The position numbers and the translations under genes were made by a program. From positions 57,228,001-57,292,000 of the forward strand of contig NC_087437.1 in NCBI RefSeq assembly GCF_036321535.1: 64,000 nt of DNA, in the 5' to 3' direction. The notes under the pieces are model-generated. The model was not told the DNA's origin, did not search any database, and was given only the letters and a program-made list of their open reading frames with translations. This DNA comes from Camelus dromedarius (lineage: Eukaryota). Numbering within the stretch: the first letter of the stretch is position 1; each line of letters starts with the position of its first letter. Shown in pieces: positions 52,870 through 64,000 of the stretch.

Positions 52870-54758
52870 ACAAGATCTATGTGAGGAAAACTACAAAAAT
52901 CTGATGAACAAAATCAAAGAAGAACTAAATAAATGAAGAGATATTCCATGTTCATAAATAGGAAGACACTATAGTGTCACGATGTCAGTTCTTCCCCACT
53001 TGATCTGTAGATTCAGTGTAATCCTAATTAAAATTCCAGCAAGGTATTTTGTGGATATCAAAAAAAAAAAACAATTTTAAAGATTATACTGAGAGGCAAA
53101 AAACCCAGAATAGCTAACACAGTACTGAAGGAGAAAAACAAAGTTGGAGGACTGAGGCTATCTGACTTCAAGACTTACTACAAAGCTGCAGTAATCAAGA
53201 CTGTGTGGTATTTGTGGAAGAGCTGGCAAATGTATCAGTGGAACAGAATAGAGAATCTAGAAATAGACTCACATAAATATGTCAACTGATCTTTGATGAA
53301 GGATCAAAGGCAATACACTGGAGCAAAGACAGCCTCTTCAATAAATGCTGTTGGAATAACTGGACATTCACATGCAAAAAACTGAATTTAGACACAGACC
53401 TTATACCCTTTACAAAAATTAACTCAAATGGATCACAGGCCTAAATATAAACCATAGAAATATAAAACTCCTAGAAGATAACACAGGAGAAAATCTGTAT
53501 GATTTTGGTATGGTGATACATTTTTAGATACAATACCAAAGGCAAAATGCATGAAAGAAAGAATTTTTAAGCTGAACTTTATTCAATTTAAAAACTTCTG
53601 TTCTGCAAAAGACATAAGTCAAGAGAATGGGAAGACAAGCCACAGACTAGGAGAGAATATTTGCAAGACACTTCTGATAAAGGACTGTTATTCAAAATAC
53701 AAAAAGAATTCTTAAAACCCAGCAATAAGAAAACAAACAACTAGATTTTTAATGAGCTAAAGCTTTAACAGACATCTCACAAAAAAAGATATGCAGATGG
53801 AAAATAAGCATATGTAAAAAACATTCCACATCATATGTCATCTGGGAAATGCAAATTAAAACAGCAATGAAATACCATTACACACCTATTAGAATGGCCC
53901 AAATTTGGAACACTGATAGCACCAAAGGCTGGCAAGGATATGTGCTAACAGGAACTCTCATTCATTACTACTGAGAATGTGAAGTGGTGTGGCCATTTTG
54001 GAAGACAGTTTGGCAGGTTCTTACAAAACAAAACACACTTTTGTCATAATTCAGCAATTGTGCTCCTTAATATTTACCCAAAGGAGTTGAAAACTTTTGT
54101 CAACACAAAAACCTGCACATGAATGTTTATATCAGCTTTGTCCATAACTGCTAAAACTTGAAAGCAATCGAGCTGTCCTTTAGTAGGTAGATGGGTAAAT
54201 AAACTGTGGTGCATCCAGACAGGGGAATATTAATCAGTGCTATAAAAAAAGAGCTATTAAGTTGTGAAAAGACATGGAGGAAGCTTAAATGCATATTACC
54301 AAGTTAAGAAGCCATTAAGAAGGCTACATACTATGTAATTTTAATTATATGACATTCTAGAAAAGGCAGAAGTATGGAGACAATAAAAAGATCAGTGGTT
54401 GCCAAAGATTGGGGGTGGGTGGAAGGGTGAATAGGCAGAACACAGAGGATTTGGGGACCAGTGAAAATACTCTGTATGATAACACAATGATGGATATGTA
54501 TCATGATCCATTTGTCTAAACCAATAGATTATACAACACCAAGAGTGAACTAAAAATTTATACTATGGACTTTGGGTAATTATGATGTGTGCATGTAGAT
54601 TCACTGATTGTAGCAAATATACCATTCTGATGGGGATATGTTGATAATGAGGGAGCCTATGCATGTGTGGGGTGGGAGACACATGGGAAATCTCTATACC
54701 TTCCCCTTAATTTTGCTATAAACTTACAGCTGCTCTAAAAATTATCCTTAATAAAAAA
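52870..54758 (+). mobile_element. L1MC1-like LINE, 5'-truncated, about 1.9 kb
   Basis: ORF2 relics (gacttcaagacttactacaaagctgcagtaatcaagac; cacacctattagaatggc); 3'UTR ctatggactttgggtaattatgatgtgt...gttgataatgagggagcctatgcatgtgtgggg. Confidence 0.9.
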
Positions 54759-55714
54759 TTTCATCTGCTCTGTCACAAATAGCAAGAATAATAAATCCAT
54801 ATTCTGAAATCTGTTTCCTTTCATTCACAATGCTCTTCTCACATATTTTCTTGTGCTCTTAGTTTTCTGTCATAAAACCACCTATTCTGACATTTTTCCT
54901 ATATTAGATAGTAGGGTCATTGAAGCTGGAGAATCTCTGTAATTCAGCTGAAATGCAAGGGACACACTTATGTCTCCATCAGTGAATGGTCACCTAACTG
55001 AAGCCTATTGTTTTTGAACTAAGACCTCAACTTTATTATTTTTATAGGCTGAAGTGAGAAGGTCTTTAAGAGTGCTCCATCCTTAAGAGTAAAAACTTCC
55101 CCAACCAGATCTCAGGGAATTTATATTACCGATTTTAAAAGATCATTATAATTATTTATAGAGAATTGAGAAATATGTATTAGTAAAAATATGATGAGAT
55201 TCTTGGGAAATTTTCTAAAATTTTGTAATTTCTCTATTCATCTAAGTGGACACTCATTATGTAGACGTCTATTAAGGATCTATTATAAACCAACCGTAAA
55301 GATGCATATAAAGGTGAATTCAGCCTGGTCCATATAACTAGGGAGTTTTCAGTTAGTAGGGGTAGGGTGAAGCAAAATATATTTACATAATTCAGTACAA
55401 CCATACTGTTATAAGAACCATACAATAAGGAAAAATTAAATACATGGTGTAATTTATTCTAGGAATCATGCTCTGCTATTAATGAGAAAACTCTCCTGAT
55501 TCCTTGAGCTACAAATAGCATGTAAGCTAACTTGGCACTTAAATGGCTAAGCATCAGGCCACTGGAATTAGAGATGGTCCTGAGATTCCTCATCTAAAGC
55601 CATTCCACATTTGAGTTTTCTAAGGCAGCACCAGACCTACTATAAGCTTTGTTATTTAGTGCACCATACATAAATAAGTTGTAATCATAATTATAATACA
55701 ATTTTAATAAGATT

Positions 55715-55950
55715 AATAATGGCTAATATTTATTCATCTCTAAGAAAGTTATAGGCACTGTGCTAAGCATTTTATATTTCTTATTTAATTCTCACAGTGG
55801 CCCTTTGAGATAGCTATTAATATTATCACCTCAACTTGATAAAAGATAAAATGAGGGTTAGGGAAGTTAAATTACTTAACAAAAATTACACAAGAGCAAA
55901 AGGTGTGGCAAGAATGCACCCCAACAGGCAGCTTCCAGAATCCCCATTTC
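55715..55950 (-). mobile_element. MIR SINE, antisense
   Basis: aataatggctaatatttatt...aggcactgtgctaagcatttta...atttaattctcaca...agggaagttaaattactt. Confidence 0.8.
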
Positions 55951-56062
55951 CCCCACGGCCAGTCCTGCCCATTATTGTGCTCCAGGGACGACACTCACAT
56001 TCACACTGGATATTGTGTTCTGAGTTTCGGCCATTCCCCACACTGCTCTCTTTATCCCTTCC

Positions 56063-56235
56063 AGGCAGCCTACAGTACTGGTAAGAGCATAGCCTAAGAA
56101 GACACATACACTTGGGTCCAAGTTCTTTGCTGTCTCACCCTGGGCGTGTCATTTCACCTTTTTCAGAGTGATGGAGATAAATAATCTCATTTTGCGTGTT
56201 GTCGTGAAGCCTAAATGAGATAACATACACAAAAA
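56063..56235 (+). mobile_element. MIR SINE
   Basis: tggtaagagcatagcct...accctgggcgtgtcatttcacc...gttgtcgtgaagcctaaatgagataa. Confidence 0.7.
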
Positions 56236-56264
56236 GGAATTTTCTTCAAAAGGAACACATTAGC

Positions 56265-56680
56265 TCTGCTTCCTGAACACACCTGGACCTCTCCAGTTTT
56301 AGGTCTTTTCACACTCTCTGGTTTTCTGCCTGAAAGATATTTCAAATGAAGTCATTTCTCAAAATGTTTTCTATATGGCAAACATTTTATGCTATCAAAA
56401 TCCTAACCATCCTTCAAATTCCAATTTATATTTCACTCCTGTGACCCCACGACCCAACTCATCCCTGAGAACAAACCTCCCTCCTGGGTCCACTGGTACT
56501 GGTGGTAACAGGACTTGTTCTTAACACCTAGCATAGTCTGCCTTGCAGGAAATGGATGAATTCACAGAGGGCCAAGACCATAGCTTCTGCCATCATGTCG
56601 TCCATGTTCTCTCCACCAGAGCCTTGCATAGCAACTGCTGTAGTATAGACACTCCATAGAGGATTATTGAAGTGAGTTGT
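56265..56680 (+). mobile_element. L2 3' region
   Basis: ttcctgaacacacc...tcctaaccatccttcaaa...gagggccaagaccat...gtatagacactccata...tattgaagtga. Confidence 0.55.
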
Positions 56681-57561
56681 TCAGGCTTAAACCATTGGAA
56701 GCTTGATATTCTAGGCAGATGCATACAAATTAGGATGTTCTTGTCCCCTACAGAGACGATAGCTGACAGAATCAATTGTTAGATGACAGCTCTTTATTCT
56801 GCCATCTCTCTTACTTTGTGCACTTGAATAGCACAGAGGAACATTGTCTACATTCTACTATTATCTGTCTTTACTGCTCTTTATAGTCTGTGAAGAAAGA
56901 AAATGGCAAGTCCGTACTAAGGTCTTTTAGACAAAATAAGGCCTAAGCTTGTCATGACCTACTCACTCCATCATTACTCTGAGTGTCCGACTCATCCGGC
57001 CCTTCACAAAATGTGGTTCTGCAGCCTATTGCCTTCATATCATTTTTGTTAGCAGTATTTGCTAAACAGTGCTACTGTTTGCTTTGAAATATGTGTGTGT
57101 GTGTGTGCCTGGAAGGTATTAATGTGATAATTTCTGAGTGTTTGTGTATAAGACCCATAATATTTAGGAGGGCTTTAAGACTACTTAATATTGTAATGTT
57201 TGTATGACTGGAAATCAAATAGCCACCTGTAGAGAAAATAATCCAATATCTAAGAGATAGCCACTATGAAGTAGTCTTTGAGACAGATTAACAGAGAAGA
57301 TCTTCCACACTCTGATCTTTATGTTTTCAGCCCCATTTCTCAGTATTTCCTTAGATAAACCCCATAGTCCAAGTAACCTGCTATCTTGACTGCCAGTCTC
57401 CTGCCTCCAAGCCTTTGAACATACAGCCCAGAATCACCATCAGCACCTGTTAAAAATGAAAAATTCTGTGGCCCAGTTCAATTACTGCTCTTGAATTCCT
57501 CATTTAATAATAATCTTGGTTCTCTGCCTGTGTCACTTTAAATCACCCTTATTTTGTTGCT

Positions 57562-57785
57562 CATAATAATAATAATAGGAAAGGGCTAAGTGCGTTAAAA
57601 GGATTTTCTCATTTAATACTTGAGCTGACCCTTAAAAGAAGGTACTAATATTATGTTTATTTACAATGAGAAAACTGAGGATTAGAGAGGTCAAATAACT
57701 TGCCCAGTGGCACCCAAATTAAAATTGGCAGAGGTGGGATCCAAGCCTGGACCATCTGTCTCTAGAGACCAAACTGATAACATTG
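57562..57785 (-). mobile_element. MIR SINE, antisense
   Basis: ttacaatgagaaaactgaggattagagaggtcaaataacttgccca...tggcagaggtgggatccaagcct. Confidence 0.85.
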
Positions 57786-59029
57786 TTCTGCTAACATCCT
57801 TACAGCAAGTATTACTGTGATCTGTAGTTTTATCCCTGCTGCTAGACTCTGTGTTTCTCTGCAGCAGATCCTGTGTTTTATTTACATATAATTATTTCTA
57901 TGTAATTAATTTATGTTCTTAATTTATATATAAATACTTTGTGCTCTCCATACTAAATTATAACCCTATTAGAATTTTCTCTTGCCTCTCAAAGGCTTCT
58001 AAGGGAAATAGAGACAAATAAAAGAAATGTTCATTATTTGAACCATTGGATCATAGACAGAACACCCACTTTCCCACAGTTGTTAAAGGAAAGCCTAGTT
58101 ATTGCTACCCATTTCTTATATTAAATGTATATTAGCATAATTAAAAATTTTATATTCCATAAAGATTAAAAAGAGCAGAAAATAATTCTAAAAACAGATT
58201 CAGAACATGCTGGCTATACCTTATTGAAACAAAAGTTTTCTCAAACAGGCACAGATATTAAACATTCAAAATATATTTGAATGTTTGCACTATATTCTAC
58301 AAATATTCAAATAACATGATAATATTATAGATTATACATATAGTAGAGCATTTTAATTTAAAGAATTATGGAAAATAAGCATTTTCAAAATTGAGAAATC
58401 AGAGTTATAATAATAGTAAAGACATAGCACTATAGGGTAAGATGCTAATTTTTTTTATACCATACATATTGGCATAAATAATTTGGAGAAAGATTTATTC
58501 AAGGACGTAAGCAATAAAATATGAAAAAGGATATAGAAAATAAAAGCCAATGCCAACAGAAAGAAACTGACATCCCAGTTTATGAAGCGTCACCTGCATG
58601 TCCTGGCGTCCTGTGCAAAAAATAAGAACATGGCAAACTAGACAGGCATTTATCACAAAAGAGGTAAATTATCATGGCTTCAAGAAAGATAAAGAATTTA
58701 CTAAAACTAAATTCTAAAATATATTTTATTCAGTATATTATATAATTGACTTTTGAGAGTAGAAATTCTAAACCACAAATTTATAACAGATATGAAATCT
58801 GACTTGCATAAAATTTTTAATGATTTCTAAGAGACTAAAGAATATAGTTAAAATACTTCAGTGGAGGCTTCTACAAGAAATATGAGCTGAGAGGAAGAAA
58901 CCAACATGTTCCAAATATGTAAACGTGTATCATATAATTTGAATCAAAATGGAAACTTAGAATGTGTAGAAAGAGAGATCCCTTAGGTAATTGTCTCTAA
59001 ATATCATAGTTCTCACTTCAACTTTTATT

Positions 59030-59440
59030 AGTCTTGCAATGTATGCTCAATCAATTCTTCTATCATCTTATTCTCCAATCATCATCTTATATTCCAGCCA
59101 CACAGAAATATTTGCAGTTCTCTAAATATTCTTGTTGTTTCATGCCTTTGTGCTCTTTTACATGCTTGTTTTTTATGGAAGAAATGCCCATTCCCCATGT
59201 TATCCTGTAGAATATTAATCAGAGTCCTTTTGAAAATATCTCTGATTCCCAAATAAAAAATCAGATTATTTCTCCTCTCTGTTTATGTATTTTAATGATA
59301 GTTGTTAAAGGAATTGCTGTATGTTGGTTTTCCTGAAGTGATCTGTAAACTCAGGGGCATGGAATTTATTCTGTTCACTTTAAAAGAATATTTTATATAT
59401 AGAAGATGTTCATCATTCCATGTTGAATAAATGAATCAAT
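59030..59440 (+). mobile_element. L2 3' end
   Basis: tattccagccacacagaaatatttgcagttctctaaa...tttcatgcctttgtg; ends tgttgaataaatgaat. Confidence 0.7.
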
Positions 59441-62400
59441 TTCAATCCATCAACTATTCGAGAAATAACAGAATGCGTTGTTGAAGAAGACTGGACATAA
59501 TACTAATCTTTGAAGTAAATGTTAGGTGAAACCAAAAGGTTCAGAAAAATGGGAACAGTGCAGACATTTGATAATAGAACTGAAAAGAGTAACTCATTTC
59601 TTATAATATTCCACTCAATATATGTCTACTAAATTCTTACTATGTCCTGCAATCTACTTACAGGAATCTCCCAGGCCACACCAAGGTGTAGTATGGGTAC
59701 TGGATAATTTTATAATCAGATAATTTTATTTATCAGATATAGGGAGAATGATCAATACATCTTGCTGTTCATCTAGTCTAATCATCCACCCAATAAAGAA
59801 ATCATTTTTTACTCTTTGGAAACAACCCAAAATAAGAAGAATATCAGTACTATACTCAAGTTGTTAAAGAATGATTCACACAGAATCTCCATATACTCCC
59901 CAAGAGGAAACCACAATTGAGAATTCCAAAAGCTTATACAAGACAGACTTAAAGAAGGAAGCAGAAACTCCTGTCTCGCCAAGTTCCTCCCTGTAAATGC
60001 TTTAAAACACAAGAAATGAAATGAGGGGCTGGGGAGAGAAAAGAAAGAGTTTCTTTGTGTTGTTTGAAAATGTTTAGTTCTGCTGTTTAGTTATTCCCTT
60101 TGCTTTGCTGTTACCTTTAGAAGCATTTCTTCTCTAAGTCAGTCTCTGAAATAGCCATTTTATTCACAGGTTGTTATCCTCCTTTTCAAGGATCTGCATT
60201 TATCCAAGTTGGGACGAAGCTCTGGTACATTTAGAGTAATCAGTTTTACCTCTCTTCTTCTCCATGGGGTATCTTGATGATTAGGGATTGTTGGTTAACT
60301 GCTTTGAGTGTGTCAAAGTGCTTCTTAGAGATGAGTGCTATTCACACAAAGCAGCTGCTCCGTAAAAGTTTTAATTTAATGAGGAGCTTGAGGGAAAAGA
60401 CTCAGACACTTACTATTTCCTCATATCATTCTGAAGGTCATATAAAAAGATACTATATAGAGTATCCCTTAAATAAAAATTGTATCTTACTTTTTAAGAT
60501 TTACATTTTAAGATTAATTTTGGAAATAGACATTAGTAATGAAATTACCTATAATATTATCCTTTTTTTGCAAGCATTGCAAATAATTGGTTAAAATTTT
60601 ATGGAGAAATTTGCAAATTTCTTATTAGTTTTCCTTTGATTACATATAAAATATAAATATTATAGCTAATAAGCTGCTAACAATTCATAGATGTCAACAT
60701 AGTGCCAGATTCCAAGTGAACATAAAATATATGTATGTGTGATATTGTTATAACTACTTGTAAATATATTTCAGATAACAGTGTTTATATGTATATAATA
60801 ATGTAAATAAATACACCTTACTTACAGATAAAGAAGCCAGAAAAGAAAATGATTCCCATAATAGAGAAACCAGTTAGTATAGACATTTATTTAAATTTAT
60901 ACTTTTTATAGAGCCCTAGGATGTTATGGTGGAAGAGACTTTAGGGTCTCTTTCCAAGCATTTAATAGTCAAAACAGATAATGTGAGACCCCAAAAGACA
61001 AAGGCTGAATGTCACTCAATTTCAGGTCCAGCTCAAAAAAAAAAAGTCAGTTCTTTATGTAGTATATAAATCTTGCCACCATCTATCTTCCCAAATGGTT
61101 CTCTCCATACAAATAATTTAGTATGCTTTTGTTTATTTGTTTAACTTCTTTTATTTATTCCCCCAAACAGATTTTTAAAATAGCTATAGTTACCAACACA
61201 TAGGAAATGGCAGTATTAGCTACTACAGATTTTTTTCACCAATTTCATAAGGTATTCAAAGCATATTCTAAGCCATCTAATTTATATAATTTACAGGTAT
61301 CTTAATTTATGCATGTATTCTAATCACCAGATGCTCATGAACACTATCAAAAGTAATAAATAGCTCCATTAGCCTAAATTTTATTGTGAAAATGTCTTAA
61401 AAAGAGTCACCATTCCTTTGTCTTTTCCTAACGTGACCCAAAAACATTTGATAGACTAAACTTCCCTCTTTTCCACACCCTTCTCTTACTTCCGTCTCCT
61501 ATCAGACGTCAGAGGAGATTGTGAACGTGTTTTGTCTGTTACCGTGAAGTCAAGCTGCTAACAGTTCTGTATGCCTCTTTTCTCAGCTGTGCGCTGTCCT
61601 GAGGCAGTCTGAGAAACAGGAGTCCCAAATAAACAGGGAGGAGAGTTATGTGCCATCCTTAGAATTTTCACATATGTTTCAATCCTACAGTGACAATGCT
61701 TTGAAAGGCAAGGCAGTCCCAAAAGTAGCAGCAGGCTGCGGAACATTCATTCGCTTCCCCAAAATGTATTGACTAAAATTTTACAGGAACTTGTTTGATT
61801 TGGGGAGAAAGGCTTTCCCGTCAATAACAAATGCCTATAACTAAGGATCAAATCTGGAGCTTAAGGATCTACACAAAATGTTTTACTACAAATAAAACTT
61901 CCTGCTGCTGGAATGAATAAGCTGTATTTATTTATACTTTGCCCATGAACATTTTGAAAGCTACAGATTCAGCGGTGACATATGTTACATCCAAAAGGCC
62001 TAAAAAGATCTTTTTTTTTTTTTAACAGAGATGTTCCTTGGCTTTTTCTCACTATTCATGTTACTAGAGGCTGCTGTGATAAGACTGGTTTTATAGAATC
62101 TCAAAATAAAAATCTGATAAAATACTACACTATTTAGAAGTTCCTATACTATAATCTGTCTACTTCTTCCAGACACGTGACTCAAACGAAAAGGTACATG
62201 GTGTAATGTATACCTGCATCCTTCAATTTTAAATAAATTTAAATTACAGACTTTGTTAGAGTCTGACACTTCTACTCACTGCCCTGGTTCCTCTCTGTAA
62301 ATACATCTCAGGAACAGTAATTTGGGGATAGCTATTCCACTGAGATCTCAGATTGTCAGAGGGTCAAATCCGGACTGCTATTACCGCTATTAATCTTCCT

Positions 62401-62824
62401 CTCCCAGTGACAGCATTCCTTCTGGCAGTCTCTGAGTCTTACAGACGCATTGTAGTTCAGTCACCCAAAGGGAGTTTCAACTTTAAAAATCTATCCTTTC
62501 AGCAAGTGGAAAGATGTACTGTAATTCAGGGTGAAGGAGTGCAAGCCATTTTCTATAAGGTCATTTCAAATGGAAATCATAATGAAAGTGGGAAATCTTT
62601 ACGTCAGCTCAAAAATCATCTTTATTTTTGTAATGACTACCAATATCCTTTCTTATCTAATTGACAAGTTTTAGTATAATTATGAAAAGCAGCAAGTCAG
62701 CCTGGAATTTTAGAAAACATACTACGTTGGATAAGAATGCAACTTTTCCTCTGTGTGGTTCGTTGTCTCCGGTCTCCTGTTTTTGCTATTCAGCTGCTCA
62801 TTTTATTTCAAAGTGACTTTTCTG

Positions 62825-62965
62825 GAATTATATAGCAGGTTGAACTGGAAAGGAACATTGAGAGCATCATGCTGCCGATGAGGGAACAGGAGTGTAGAGA
62901 CTTGGGGTGATTTAGCTAAAGGCATACAGAGATGTAGTGGCAGCACCTAATCTTCTTCTGGGTTT
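62825..62965 (-). mobile_element. MIR3/MIR fragment, antisense
   Basis: gaactggaaaggaacattgagagcatc...gatgagggaac...gtgatttagctaaagg...agtggcag. Confidence 0.5.
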
Positions 62966-64000
62966 TGCTGCTTTCTATCATTAAATCATACAACATATTT
63001 GCCTGTCTCTTATACATTTACACTTTTAGACTGATTAACATTTATATCCCATATGGAAACAGCAGCCACCTTTCAATATTTGACTATGGATTGATTCTAA
63101 AAATTGTCAACCAAATCATATCATCTACATTTATGGTAATGTAAATATTCTTCATTAAAAAGTGAAGATTTGTGCTAGAATTATCTTTCTTCTCTTTGGA
63201 TCCAAAGTCATAATTCTGTACTTCCCAGTTCTTACCAACAAAGATTCATAAGATTCTTCTGATTTATACTGCGCTAGGTGCCTTGAATTCATTTATGCTT
63301 CCCTACGCTAGCTTTAGGTATTCTAAGTGATGAAGAAAGACGGAAAAAGTAGAATAGCTTACTTTTTGAAGACTTTCAGTTAAACTACCTGTTTTGATTA
63401 CCACCATTGTGCTTCTCTGAGTCCAGAGCATCACTGATGTTCAGTGGACCAGACCAATTCTCTCAGCCTTCAGTTCACTCTGAGCACAAACCACTTTTCA
63501 TCTGTCTCTGCTATGTATTAATCAACATGTTCCCATATTTATTCTATCTACTAATATGTATGCTGAAATCTTTTGTTTACCATTTCTCTCACTATTGTCA
63601 TTTATCTTCTTATTTTTCTTTGATTTAAAGCAAGAAGAATAATATGTGTCCTCAGTTCACCATCATGAGTCAGAACAAGTGCTAAATTTTTGATGAACTG
63701 AAGACACCTCTCTAGTTCCTGCTCTTTTTATCTACAGCTTTCCCACTTTCTACTTATCCTGTGGTTGAAATTTCCTGAAATTACTAATACAAACAATGTT
63801 AGGATTAATTCAGATAGTATTGCTATAAAAAAAGAAGAAAAACAAAAAATGCTTATAGTTTTCCAATGCTTCTCAGTGGGAAACAGTACTCTACTTACCC
63901 CCCATCTTTCTTTCTCTCCTTTATCTACAGTCTGTCAGAGGAAGACTCACATGAGTCATAAAGTCTTGCAGTTTCAAATGGACTTTATTTTTAGAACAGT

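Noticed and set aside
58560..58900. Possible CR1/L3 fragment
   Set aside because: Similarity too faint to call by eye
59809..60240. Acceptor-like sites (minus strand near 59991, plus strand near 60169)
   Set aside because: Downstream frames are unrecognisable or hit stops, and paired donors are weak
62353..62664. 103-aa ORF
   Set aside because: Non-ATG start, no recognisable family, no clear exon boundaries

Overview
AT-rich, CpG-depleted mammalian nuclear DNA (intergenic or deep intronic). I could not support any protein-coding exon, RNA gene, CpG island or CRISPR-like array. The ORF-track entries are short, and those with recognisable sequence are L1 ORF2 relics. Much of the window is interspersed repeat: old eutherian L1M, L2 and MIR; LTRs (MER31, LTR16, MLT1 and ERV1-type solo LTRs); and DNA-transposon fossils (MER5A, MER91A, MER102, Tigger5/MER47, Charlie1, Zaphod-like). 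Short young L1 3' tails and the absence of Alu, SINEC, BovB/Bov-tA or PRE-type elements suggest a camelid or related cetartiodactyl (inference). Notable structures: a triple-nested insertion (LTR in LTR in MER5A, 36577-37747); an end-to-end but heavily deleted L1 carrying a MER41-like LTR fragment with a tandem AP-1 site (43427-45146); and several unique-sequence motif clusters that may be enhancers. I found no evidence of a novel biological system. All family names come from recalled consensus sequences, not a database search, and boundaries of old elements are approximate.
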